Notes under the pieces: model-generated
Told to the model about the DNA's origin: nothing
Databases searched by the model: none
Seen by the model: the letters and a program-made list of their open reading frames with translations, nothing else
Shown: positions 48,693-58,001 of the stretch, in pieces
Layout of the letters: every line of letters begins with the position of its first letter
Numbering within the stretch: position 1 is the stretch's first letter
Assembly: GCA_963806435.1 (NCBI GenBank)
Contig: CAWEBD010000128.1
Span: forward strand, 14,466 to 78,465
Direction of reading: 5' to 3'
DNA: 64,000 nt
Origin: an uncultured Bacteroidota bacterium
Lineage (GTDB): Bacteria > Bacteroidota > Ignavibacteria > Kryptoniales > JAKASW01
Program-made: the position numbers and the translations under genes

Positions 48693-51600
48693 TCAAAGGG
48701 TCTTACGATCCAGTATCTTTCTTACTCTTTCCGCCAACTCAAACGCGGTGAAAGGCTTCTGCAGGAAATCGACGTTCTCGTCGAGTATGAAGCCATGATG
48801 GACGGCGCTGTTGGTGTAGCCGCTTATGAAGAGGAATTTTCTTCCGGGGAATTTCTTATCGATTGCTTCCTTCAATGCCTTGCCGCTGACTTTGGGCATC
48901 ACAATATCCGATATCACCAGCGAAATATCTTTCGCGTTGCGCTCAAAGACAGCTATTCCCTCCTCCCCTTCGCGGGCAGTAAGGATAGTGTATCCGTTTT
49001 CACCGAGGAGAGTCTCCAAAAACTCCCTCAATTCTTCATTGTCTTCGACGACGAGGACGGTCTCACTCCCCCGGCTTATCTGTCCGGCTCTGCCGGCCTT
49101 AAGCGCAGATTTTTCAGCGATTCCCTTCGACGCAGGGAAATAAACCCTGAACGTAGTCCCCTTCCCAATTTCGCTGTAAACTCCGATCGTCCCGCCGTGC
49201 TGTCTTATTATGCCGTGAACTACAGAAAGACCGAGTCCGGTCCCCTTTCCTATTTCCTTCGTAGTGAAGAAAGGTTCGAAGATCCGGTCGAGCGCGGCCG
49301 CTTCTATGCCGGTTCCCGTGTCGCTGACGATTATGACGACATATGAACCTGGCTTCACGTTCGTATGTATCCGGCAGTAAAATTCATCGAGATACGAATT
49401 CGCCGTCTCAATGGTGAGCACGCCGCCATGCTGCATCGCATCCCCCGCGTTCACCGCAAGATTCAACAGGACCTGCTCCACCTGCGAAGGGTCGGCAAGA
49501 ACCGTTCTCAGGTCTGAGCCAGGAATGAACCTTATCTGGACCTGCTCACCGAGCAAGCGCCTCAGCAATTCGAGGATATCCCCTATCAACTCGTTAAGGT
49601 TGAGATCCCGCGGCATCAGGATCTGGCGGCGGGCAAACGCGAGAAGCTGCTTGGTGATCTTCGCCGCCCTGTCGGCAAGGCCGTAAATTCTCATCAGGTA
49701 GCTGTTGACCGGATGCCCCTCTTCGATCTTACCCATGGCGAGTTCAGTGAAGCCTATAATTCCGCCAAGCACATTATTGAAGTCGTGCGCTATCCCGCTT
49801 GTCAGCTGCCCCAGGCTCTCGAGCTTCTGCGATTGCAGAAGCTGTTCTTCGAGCCTCTTCTGTTCCGTAACGTCCCTCAGAATGCCGCGGTAGGCGATAG
49901 GCTTTCCTTCCATGTCCCGGAGCACCGTGGCGGAATCCTGAACCATCAGCCGGGTTCCGTCTTTTCTTTTTACCTTTATCAGGATATCGCGCATGAAGCC
50001 GTCTGTCTCGATAAGACGATTTGACTTCTCCCGCTCGTTCGGATTGTCATAGAGCTCGCTGACGCTCTCGAGATCCAGCATTTCGTTTCTGGAATTGAAA
50101 CCAAAGAGCTTGACCCCGGCAGTGTTGATATCTAGAATCTTCCCTGCCGGTGTCGTGACGTAAATGGCATCTATGGACTCCTCAAAAAGGCTCCTGTACC
50201 TTTCTTCGGAATGGCTCAGCTTCTCCTCGGCAAGCTTTCGCTCCGTAATGTCTTCCGCTGTGCCGATCACGGCGGGTCGCCCCTGGAAAGTGGTCCTTGA
50301 GCCGAAGACCTCCACACGAATCCTCTTGCCGTTCTTCTTCAACGAGGTAAAGTCGTACTTGATAGATTCCGTCTCACCGTCGATTCGTTTTCTGATATTT
50401 TCGAGGATCCGCTCCTGGTCCTCGGGCGCGACCGTCTCAAGCACAGACGGCATAGCAAGGAACTCAGCCTCCGGGAATCCGTACATCCTCGACATCGCCG
50501 GATTCGTGTACACAAATTTGCCGTCCTGTATAATGTAGACTCCGACGAGCGACGACTCAACCAGTGTCCGGAATTTCTCTTCGCTTTCCCGTATTGTCGT
50601 CTCGGCCCTGGTCATATTGGTGAGCAGCGTGGCATTCTCGAGCGCCACCGCCGCGCTGGCCGCGAGGCCCTCGAGCATCTCTATGTCACCATCCCCGAAT
50701 GGCCTCCCGCCAATGCTGTTATGTATCGCAAAGGCTCCCAACACTTCCCCGCTGCGGCTGAGGATAGGAACATCGATAATGTTATATATGGCAAACTTCT
50801 CGTGAAGCTCCTGGATTATCCGGGGGTCCTTTTTCGAGTCGTTGCTGATCCGGGCTCGCTTGGTCGCCATTACGAAACCGGGCGTGCCTTGGCCCGGTGC
50901 GAACCTGACATCGATCGGGATAACGTCGCCCGACTTGAAGTATTCCCGAAAAACCAACATCCCATTTTCTAACAGACCGACCGTGCCCGCAGTCGCTCCG
51001 ACAAGTTCAATACCGGATCCGACGAGGGTGCGGAGAATATCATCCACGTTGAGGACGGCGTTGATCTTCACCGAAGCCGTCGAAAGTATCTTCAGCTGGC
51101 GGTTCCGCTGCCCTATCGCTTCTTCCGCCTTCTTCCTCTCCGTGAGATCCCGAGCTGACGAAAGAATAACCGGTCTCCCCTCGAAAATAACGGCGCGACT
51201 GCGAACTTCCACCGGGATCCTCGTACCATTCTTCCTTAAATGAACCGACTCGAATATGGTGTCTTTTTCCCTGAAGACCTTCTCTGTTCGGTTTTCTGCC
51301 ATGCCGGCGATTTCAGGCGCGAGTATCTTGTCGACGCTTTGGCCGATTATCTCCTCACGCGTGTAGCCAAGGAGCTCACATCCCGCTTCATTGACCTGCA
51401 TGAACTTCCCGTGCTCGTCGATCATGAAAAATTCATCGGCCGAACTCTCAAAGAGAAACCGGTAGCGGTTTTCACTAGCGGCAATGGCCTCGTTCGCAGC
51501 AGTCAACTCCGTGAGGTCGACAAGTATTCCTCTCAACCCGACGACCCTCGAGTCGCGCACTATCGGACCCGCGGAGACCAGCGCAGGGAATGCAATTCCG

Positions 51601-53054
51601 CCCTTGCCTATAGCGGTATATCGCTCCGGCTCACCCGGCGCTCCATTGAACACCTTTTCTATCTCGCTTAGCGCTCTTTTGCGCTCCTCGGGAGCGACAA
51701 AATCGATGAGGCTCAGGCCGTGTCTGTATTCTTCCTCACTGAGACCGAAAATCTCGAGGCACGCGCGGTTGGCAAAACTGACCGTTCTGGATTCATCGAT
51801 CTCGAATACCGGCTGAGGCAGAAAATCGGCCAATTCCTTGAATCTCATCTCGCTTCGCCGGATTTCGTCTTCGGTCTTCTTCCGGTCGGTTATATCCTGC
51901 GCTGCGCCGTAGACTTTCACCACGCGGCCGGCAAACATATCCCGGATAGGTTTCGCCGAGTCACGCAGCCAGACTGTTTCTCCGCCTCTCGTCAAAAACC
52001 TGAACTCAGCGACGTCGTACTCTCCGCTCAAAACCTTCTTCACGTGCTCGTCAACAACCGGGAGGTCTTCTTCATATACCATGCTCTGCCAGCCGCCGCG
52101 TTTAGCGAGTTCAGCCAGCTTGAATCCGAATTTCCGTTCGAATGTTTCCGATAACCACTCTCCCTCGAGCCTGCCGTCGGCCGTCACGTCAAATACATAG
52201 GCGTAGTCAGAAATCAGGTTGGAGATTATCCGGTACCTTTCTTCGCTCTGGCGAAGGGCGACGTGCTCTCTGTCCAGTTTCGACTTCTGGACCGCATTCT
52301 CGAGAACCGACGGTAAGCTCAGATGAAGGGCCTCAGTCTTGACGATATAGTCGTTGGCACCAACTTTCATCGTGAGTGCCGCCGTCTCCTGATCGCCCCG
52401 ACCGGCGAGGACCACTATCGGGATATCCAGGCCCCGTGCTATCCTGATCTCCTTGATCAGCTCGAGGACACTCATGCCGGGAAGGTCGTAGTCGAGCAGA
52501 AGGACGTCAAAACGGATCTCCTTCTGCGAGATTTTCGAAATGATATCGGCGGCAGACTTCACCACCTCGACGTGGATATTGAGCAGCTTCTCCCTGACGT
52601 GATCTTCAAACAGTTTCAAGTCCGCCGGGTTGCGTCCTGCAAAGAGGACCCGCATCCTGCCGGCTCCCTTCCGTATGGTTCTTTCGCGGTTTTCCATGTT
52701 CTTCACGAGGATCGAAGGGAGTTGCCTGTAGTGCTTCCCGGATTTGACAATGTAGTCGTCCGCCCCGGCTTTCAGTGCACCGACGGCGATTTCCTCATCA
52801 CCGTACGCCGTCAGCACTATCACGCAAATAGGGAGCTCTTTCTCCCTTATCTCTGAAAGTATTGAAATTCCGTCCCCGTCGGGGAGTCGAAGGTCCAGCA
52901 GCGCGATATCGTACCCCGGACTTTCTCGCAGCTTGGTCAAGGCTTCCTTGCACGAAGCGGCGACATCCACCTCGAAACCGGCCCCGCTCTTCTTCAGTTC
53001 GCGCTTCGCGAGATTAACATCGGCCTGACTGTCTTCAACGTACAAAACTCTCAT
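48693..53054 (-). CDS. Hybrid histidine kinase (receiver-receiver-PAS repeats-GAF-PAS repeats-HisKA-HATPase-receiver)
   Basis: LLDLRLPDGDG, LLDYDLPG, SEERYR/SEEKFR PAS linkers, GIAHDFNN, GTGLGL, ISDIVMP. Confidence 0.93.
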   Translation of the reverse strand: MRVLYVEDSQADVNLAKRELKKSGAGFEVDVAASCKEALTKLRESPGYDIALLDLRLPDGDGISILSEIREKELPICVIVLTAYGDEEIAVGALKAGADDYIVKSGKHYRQLPSILVKNMENRERTIRKGAGRMRVLFAGRNPADLKLFEDHVREKLLNIHVEVVKSAADIISKISQKEIRFDVLLLDYDLPGMSVLELIKEIRIARGLDIPIVVLAGRGDQETAALTMKVGANDYIVKTEALHLSLPSVLENAVQKSKLDREHVALRQSEERYRIISNLISDYAYVFDVTADGRLEGEWLSETFERKFGFKLAELAKRGGWQSMVYEEDLPVVDEHVKKVLSGEYDVAEFRFLTRGGETVWLRDSAKPIRDMFAGRVVKVYGAAQDITDRKKTEDEIRRSEMRFKELADFLPQPVFEIDESRTVSFANRACLEIFGLSEEEYRHGLSLIDFVAPEERKRALSEIEKVFNGAPGEPERYTAIGKGGIAFPALVSAGPIVRDSRVVGLRGILVDLTELTAANEAIAASENRYRFLFESSADEFFMIDEHGKFMQVNEAGCELLGYTREEIIGQSVDKILAPEIAGMAENRTEKVFREKDTIFESVHLRKNGTRIPVEVRSRAVIFEGRPVILSSARDLTERKKAEEAIGQRNRQLKILSTASVKINAVLNVDDILRTLVGSGIELVGATAGTVGLLENGMLVFREYFKSGDVIPIDVRFAPGQGTPGFVMATKRARISNDSKKDPRIIQELHEKFAIYNIIDVPILSRSGEVLGAFAIHNSIGGRPFGDGDIEMLEGLAASAAVALENATLLTNMTRAETTIRESEEKFRTLVESSLVGVYIIQDGKFVYTNPAMSRMYGFPEAEFLAMPSVLETVAPEDQERILENIRKRIDGETESIKYDFTSLKKNGKRIRVEVFGSRTTFQGRPAVIGTAEDITERKLAEEKLSHSEERYRSLFEESIDAIYVTTPAGKILDINTAGVKLFGFNSRNEMLDLESVSELYDNPNEREKSNRLIETDGFMRDILIKVKRKDGTRLMVQDSATVLRDMEGKPIAYRGILRDVTEQKRLEEQLLQSQKLESLGQLTSGIAHDFNNVLGGIIGFTELAMGKIEEGHPVNSYLMRIYGLADRAAKITKQLLAFARRQILMPRDLNLNELIGDILELLRRLLGEQVQIRFIPGSDLRTVLADPSQVEQVLLNLAVNAGDAMQHGGVLTIETANSYLDEFYCRIHTNVKPGSYVVIIVSDTGTGIEAAALDRIFEPFFTTKEIGKGTGLGLSVVHGIIRQHGGTIGVYSEIGKGTTFRVYFPASKGIAEKSALKAGRAGQISRGSETVLVVEDNEELREFLETLLGENGYTILTAREGEEGIAVFERNAKDISLVISDIVMPKVSGKALKEAIDKKFPGRKFLFISGYTNSAVHHGFILDENVDFLQKPFTAFELAERVRKILDRKTL

Positions 53055-53558
53055 GGGATGTTAACCGCCGCCCTTTCTTCATGCCGGTTCACCGACTGTC
53101 GGACATTCACCGGGCTGTCGGTGGAATCCGGATTGATATGGCACTTCGTTATCTCGACGGAAAATGATGCACAGGAACTCCCACTTACGACTGCTAACAC
53201 GGGTTTCACGACCGAAACGCGCGTTACCAAGTCCCGAAAGTAAAAGAGCACCTGAATTTACATTCTCCTGATTTTCGAAAGAGTTCGCGCCGATGCTTAT
53301 CGAACAGATTGAATAGATTTTATGCAATCTCCGCCTGATTTTCAACTGGTCGGGTCAAAACCTCGAGCTCGCAGCCGTACAATTCCCGACACACATCTGG
53401 TATAGGAACTCGATGTCAACCCGGCGGCCCACCGAGCGGATCACTACTTTTCGCGTTCTTTTGCGACAGATTTCCTAATAGGCGGAGCATCCGGGACACT
53501 CCGCCCCCGCGGGACTCCCCCTTACCGGAAATTTCGCGCGAGACAATAATACGTGGAT

Positions 53559-54020
53559 CTATTCCGGGCGCATTATCTCCTGAAGCACAATGCCGGCAGC
53601 TTTCCTGACTCCGGCCGTGACCTCCGGCGACATCTGCACGCCACAGGAAATATTTCTCGGCTTAATCCCCACAAGAAGCAGCTTCGGTACGCGTGAAGTT
53701 ACGAGCCTCACGACTGAGATAAGATCCCTTGCTCCGGCTTCATGCATTGAAAGAATTGGAGTACGATCCGCTCCGATATCATAGTCCGAGAAGACTCTAA
53801 TTTCACCATAGTCGGCATCAAAATTCACCGCGTCGACCATGATAATGAGGTCCGCGTCGTCGACATGCGGGAGGATGGCTATGCCGGCAGTCTCCGCCTG
53901 AACCAGCGTGACAGACCCCGGAAGGTTTTCCGTTTTCTCCAGTTCTTCGATCACCCGCACCCCAAAGCCGTCGTCGCCCATCAGAATATTTCCTAGACCG
54001 ACGACGGCCACTTTTTTCAT
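53559..54020 (-). CDS. Hydrogenase maturation protease
   Basis: GLGNILMGDDGFG, VDAV, SMHE. Confidence 0.93.
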   Translation of the reverse strand: MKKVAVVGLGNILMGDDGFGVRVIEELEKTENLPGSVTLVQAETAGIAILPHVDDADLIIMVDAVNFDADYGEIRVFSDYDIGADRTPILSMHEAGARDLISVVRLVTSRVPKLLLVGIKPRNISCGVQMSPEVTAGVRKAAGIVLQEIMRPE

Positions 54021-55720
54021 GACACGGCGATCTCTGTTTCCTCATACAGATGCGCGTGGTCGTATACGTGCACGGCGCAGGCTATGCATGGGTCGAATGA
54101 ATGGATCGTCCTCAGGATTTCGACCGGTTTCTTAAGGTCGGCAACCGGGGTTCCGACGAGCGAGGCTTCATAGGCACCGATCTGCCCCTTCGAATCGGCC
54201 GGCGAAGCATTCCACGTAGTCGAAACCACAATCTGGTATTGATCCACCTTGCCGTTCTTTATCCTGACCCAATGCCCCAGCGCACCACGCGGCGCCTCGA
54301 CGAGTCCTACGCCCTGCGCCTCAGAAGGCCAGCTTCGCGGCTCCCACTTGTCCATATTGGCGGTGAGGTAATCTCCCGCGCTCACGTTCGCCACGAACTT
54401 ATTGTACCATCCCCACATCTCGTCGGCAACCGCCACCGTCTCGACGACCCGTGCAAAGGTCCTGCCGAGCGTAGAGAAGAGCGCATCTTTCCCCACGCCG
54501 AGCTGTTTCGTTCCTTTATCCACAAGCTCTATGATCTGCTTATGGCCCCTTCCGTACGCAACGAGAACCCGGGCAAGTGGTCCGACCTCCACAGGCTTGT
54601 CCTCGTAGCGCGGCGCCTTGATCCAGGAATATTTCTCGTCAACGTTCAGGAACTCGTACGGAGGATTCGGCCCGGTGTACTTAGGATTTGTTTCGCCGTC
54701 GAACGGATGTTTTGCCTTCGCCTTACCATCCGTGTATGTGTACCACGATCTCGTCACATATTCGGTCACCTTATTATGATCAAAGTCCTTCACTCCGTCT
54801 AATTTCCTGTTCCAAATGACGCCCCCCGGCATAAACAATTCCCCTGATGTTCCGGCCGCCGGAAAATCGCCGCAAGCGAGGAAATTTCCGAGACCCTCGC
54901 CGAGCTTAGTCCACTCGGGATAGAATGATGCGATCGCCAGAACATCGGGAAAATAGACTTTGTCGACGAAATCCTGCGCTTCCTGGAGTGTTTCTTTCAT
55001 CATCAGAATACGCGAAGCGTTGAGCGCTTGGTCGCTGTCCGGGTTGATCGCCGTTGCCATCCCGCCGACGAGGAAGTTCGGACAGGGATGCCTTCCTCCG
55101 AGCAAAGCTATGAACCGTGCCACGCTTTTCTGCCATTCAAGAGCATTGATGTAATGTGCCACGGCCATCAGGTTTGCTTCCGGAGGAAGTTTGTAAGCCG
55201 GGTGGCCCCAGTAACCGTGGGCGAAAATCCCCAGCTGTCCCGAATCGACAAACGTTTTCAGTTTGTCCTTTACTTCCTGAAAATACCGCGGATTGCTCCT
55301 GGGCCAGTCGGAAATTGTCTCCTGAAGAACGGATGTTTTCTTGGGATCTGCATTGAGCGCGGAAGTTATGTCCACCCAATCCAGCGCATGCAGGTGATAG
55401 AAATGCATAACGTGATCGTGGATGAGCTGCATCCCTTCGATCATGTTCCTGATCAGCAGTGCATTTTCCGGGATGGTAATGCCTAACGCGTTCTCGACGG
55501 CCCTGACCGAGGCGATGGCGTGGACCGCCGTGCAGACGCTGCAAATTCGTTGGACAAAGTACCACGCGTCTCGCGGGTCGCGGTCCTTAACTATCAGCTC
55601 GATTCCGCGGAACATCGTGCCGGAGGCCCACGCCTTCTTCAGTACACCGTCATTGACTTCCGCCTCGATGCGAAGATGCCCTTCTATCCGGGTTACCGGA
55701 TCGATCACCATTCTTGTCAT
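54017..55720 (-). CDS. [NiFe] hydrogenase large subunit (group 1)
   Basis: DPVTRIEGH, L1 motif RICSVC, EAPRGALGHW, L2 motif FDPCIACAVH followed by a cleavable tail; ATGA overlap with the small subunit. Confidence 0.96.
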   Translation of the reverse strand: MTRMVIDPVTRIEGHLRIEAEVNDGVLKKAWASGTMFRGIELIVKDRDPRDAWYFVQRICSVCTAVHAIASVRAVENALGITIPENALLIRNMIEGMQLIHDHVMHFYHLHALDWVDITSALNADPKKTSVLQETISDWPRSNPRYFQEVKDKLKTFVDSGQLGIFAHGYWGHPAYKLPPEANLMAVAHYINALEWQKSVARFIALLGGRHPCPNFLVGGMATAINPDSDQALNASRILMMKETLQEAQDFVDKVYFPDVLAIASFYPEWTKLGEGLGNFLACGDFPAAGTSGELFMPGGVIWNRKLDGVKDFDHNKVTEYVTRSWYTYTDGKAKAKHPFDGETNPKYTGPNPPYEFLNVDEKYSWIKAPRYEDKPVEVGPLARVLVAYGRGHKQIIELVDKGTKQLGVGKDALFSTLGRTFARVVETVAVADEMWGWYNKFVANVSAGDYLTANMDKWEPRSWPSEAQGVGLVEAPRGALGHWVRIKNGKVDQYQIVVSTTWNASPADSKGQIGAYEASLVGTPVADLKKPVEILRTIHSFDPCIACAVHVYDHAHLYEETEIAVS

Positions 55721-56703
55721 CGCGGAGTCCTCCCTTCCACCAAGGCGTAAAATGGCGTGAACTTGTCCCAGAAGTCCTTCTCTGAACAGCCGACACACGG
55801 ATGCCCGGCACCGACACACCAGTTAGTTCCCATGTTCCATCTCATGACCGTACAGGCGTTCTTTGTGAACGCGCCCTTGCACCCGAGCGGGAAGAGGCAG
55901 TAGCCTCCCCTGTACGCTTCGTCGTCAAAAGAAGTGCTCATCTCCGCATTCTCGAAGTGATAGTGGCGGCGACACTGTTCGTGAATGAATTTTCCGTACG
56001 CGAACCGCGGCCTCTTCTCCGAGTCGAGGGCAGGGAGTCTTCCAAAGAACAAATAATGGACTATCGTCGCCATCAAAACATCTCCTATGGGCGGACATCC
56101 GGGAATCTTCACGACTGCCGCCGGTCCAACAATTTCGTCGATGCCTCGGGCGCCCGTGGGGTTCGGCATAGCCGCCGGAAGACCGCCGTAAGCGGAACAC
56201 GTTCCCAGCGCGATGACACACGCTGCGCCCTTCGACATTTTTCTCAGGAACGTTTCCCCCGTCTTACCGCACATCACGCAGTACGTACCGTTCTCGGCAG
56301 CAGGCAATGAACCCTCTACGACAAGTATGTACTTGCCGTAGTTCTCCTTCATAGCGTCTTCACACGCCGCTTCCGCCTCGGTGCCCGAAGCTGCTTGAAG
56401 CGTTTCATTGAAGTCGAGAGAAATCATGTCCATCACTGCCTCCGCCACGGACGGATGATCGGCACGCGTGAACGATTCTGTGCACCCGGTACATGATTGC
56501 AGATTCAACCAAAGGACCGACGGCCGTTTCTCTTTCGCGAAAGGCATCCTGTTCTCGAGCGCTCTCGCGACTCGCGCGGTGAAAACCGGCGGAAGCCCAA
56601 GGAGCGCCGTCATCGCTCCGCAGAATTTCACGAAGTCGCGGCGCGAAACGCCCACGCTCTCAAAAACGGCTTCGACATTCCTGTCGAACATGTGATTGTT
56701 CAT
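55717..56703 (-). CDS. [NiFe] hydrogenase small subunit, Tat-exported, no C-terminal anchor
   Basis: SRRDFVK, CTGCTES, GTC, PGCPP, HEQC, CLFPLGCKG, HPCVGC. Confidence 0.96.
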   Translation of the reverse strand: MNNHMFDRNVEAVFESVGVSRRDFVKFCGAMTALLGLPPVFTARVARALENRMPFAKEKRPSVLWLNLQSCTGCTESFTRADHPSVAEAVMDMISLDFNETLQAASGTEAEAACEDAMKENYGKYILVVEGSLPAAENGTYCVMCGKTGETFLRKMSKGAACVIALGTCSAYGGLPAAMPNPTGARGIDEIVGPAAVVKIPGCPPIGDVLMATIVHYLFFGRLPALDSEKRPRFAYGKFIHEQCRRHYHFENAEMSTSFDDEAYRGGYCLFPLGCKGAFTKNACTVMRWNMGTNWCVGAGHPCVGCSEKDFWDKFTPFYALVEGRTPR

Positions 56704-57161
56704 GTTAGACTCCTTGACTCTTTTTGAATTGAATACCCTGCCCCGTTCAGCTTTATGAAGAGCCTGGCAAAGTCAATCGTCTCCTCAATCTTGCCGGGAG
56801 GCACGAGCTGGAGGATCCCTTCGAACATTTTCTCCCCCCACTCCTCGATCTTTCGTGCAAGCGCACTCCCCTCCGCCGTGAGAACGACATCAACATATCG
56901 CCTGTCTTTTCTTGAGAGTGATCGGGTAACTAGCCCTTTGTCCTCAAGGGTATCCAGAATTCTGGAAAGCTGACTTCCCCTTTTATCGAGAACACTTGTG
57001 AGGTCTTTTATTGAGCATTGCGGAGAGCCGCGCATGGCGCAGAGACACTGCAACTCGCCAGCGGACAGGCCCAATTCCTGAGCCAGTTTTGCCTCCTCGC
57101 GGGAAAAAATGGCAGCCTGCTCTGCAAGGAGGCGGTAAAGCTCGCATGCGGTGGGATTCAC
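56700..57161 (-). CDS. MarR family transcriptional regulator
   Basis: LSRILDTLEDKGLVTR...DRR...LTAEG; GGAGG 5 nt before GTG. Confidence 0.9.
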   Translation of the reverse strand: MNPTACELYRLLAEQAAIFSREEAKLAQELGLSAGELQCLCAMRGSPQCSIKDLTSVLDKRGSQLSRILDTLEDKGLVTRSLSRKDRRYVDVVLTAEGSALARKIEEWGEKMFEGILQLVPPGKIEETIDFARLFIKLNGAGYSIQKESRSLT

Positions 57162-57173
57162 TCATGCCTCCTG

Positions 57174-57206
57174 ACGCACAAATACTGCAAATTTTGTGCG
57201 TTTGCA
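57174..57206. promoter_or_regulatory. Overlapping inverted repeats, candidate MarR operator
   Basis: ACGCACAAA (57174-82) pairs with TTTGTGCGT (57193-201); TGCAAA (57186-91) pairs with TTTGCA (57201-06); directly upstream of the marR RBS. Confidence 0.55.
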
Positions 57207-57326
57207 AAAGTTGCCTAATCTGGATACTTTCGCGGCTCCAACAGTTGCCGTGTGTTGAGAAACTCAATCTGTGTTCGGATTTTCAACAGGGGTGCGGCAA
57301 AGATGGGATGTGGGAACAGAACCGAC

Positions 57327-58001
57327 TTACGTTGCGTACCGCCTTCGCCTGAAAACGGGAACCATGATGATTCCCGCCAGAAACCCGCCGACGTGCGCCC
57401 ACCACGCGATGCCGCCGGAGGTGTCGACACCGATCGACTGGATTCCGCTGAAGAACTGCATCATGAACCAGAAGCCTATGAAAAGGATGGCCGAGATGTC
57501 GATAATATCAAAGAAGAAAAAAATCGGGAGGAGAGTCACTATTTTCGCGCGCGGAAACATGACGAGATAAGCGCCGAGCACGCCCGAGATCGCTCCACTA
57601 GCGCCTATGGTCGGGATGGAAGAGTCCGCGGAAAGATACACTTGCAGCGCCGCGGCTGCCAGTCCGCTTACCAGGTAAAACAGCAGGTACCTGCGATGAC
57701 CGAGCCGGTTTTCAACGTTGTCTCCAAATATGAAAAGGAACCACATGTTGCCGATGATGTGGAGCCAGCCGCCGTGAATGAACATGGAGGTGAAGAACGG
57801 CACGTATCGCGTTATCAGATGCGTATGCTGCGCGACCATCTCGAAATACCTGTTCGGAACGAGGCCATACTTGACGAAGAAAGCATCGAGGCCTGACCCC
57901 AGAGACAGCTCGTAGAAAAAGACTGCGGCGTTCGCGGCGATGAGCAAATAATTGACGAACGGAATGCCGTAAGATGGGTTCTTGTCCTTAAGCGGAATCA
58001 T
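57327..58001 (-). CDS. Rhomboid intramembrane serine protease
   Basis: HGGWLHIIGNM, GASGAI, AHVGG. Confidence 0.93.
   Translation of the reverse strand: MIPLKDKNPSYGIPFVNYLLIAANAAVFFYELSLGSGLDAFFVKYGLVPNRYFEMVAQHTHLITRYVPFFTSMFIHGGWLHIIGNMWFLFIFGDNVENRLGHRRYLLFYLVSGLAAAALQVYLSADSSIPTIGASGAISGVLGAYLVMFPRAKIVTLLPIFFFFDIIDISAILFIGFWFMMQFFSGIQSIGVDTSGGIAWWAHVGGFLAGIIMVPVFRRRRYAT

Noticed and set aside
53051-53345. Short ORFs between the hydrogenase protease and the kinase
   Set aside because: No motif or convincing RBS; probably promoter/leader sequence
54060-54100. Possible selenocysteine hydrogenase
   Set aside because: The L2 motif is DPCIAC with ordinary Cys codons and no in-frame TGA
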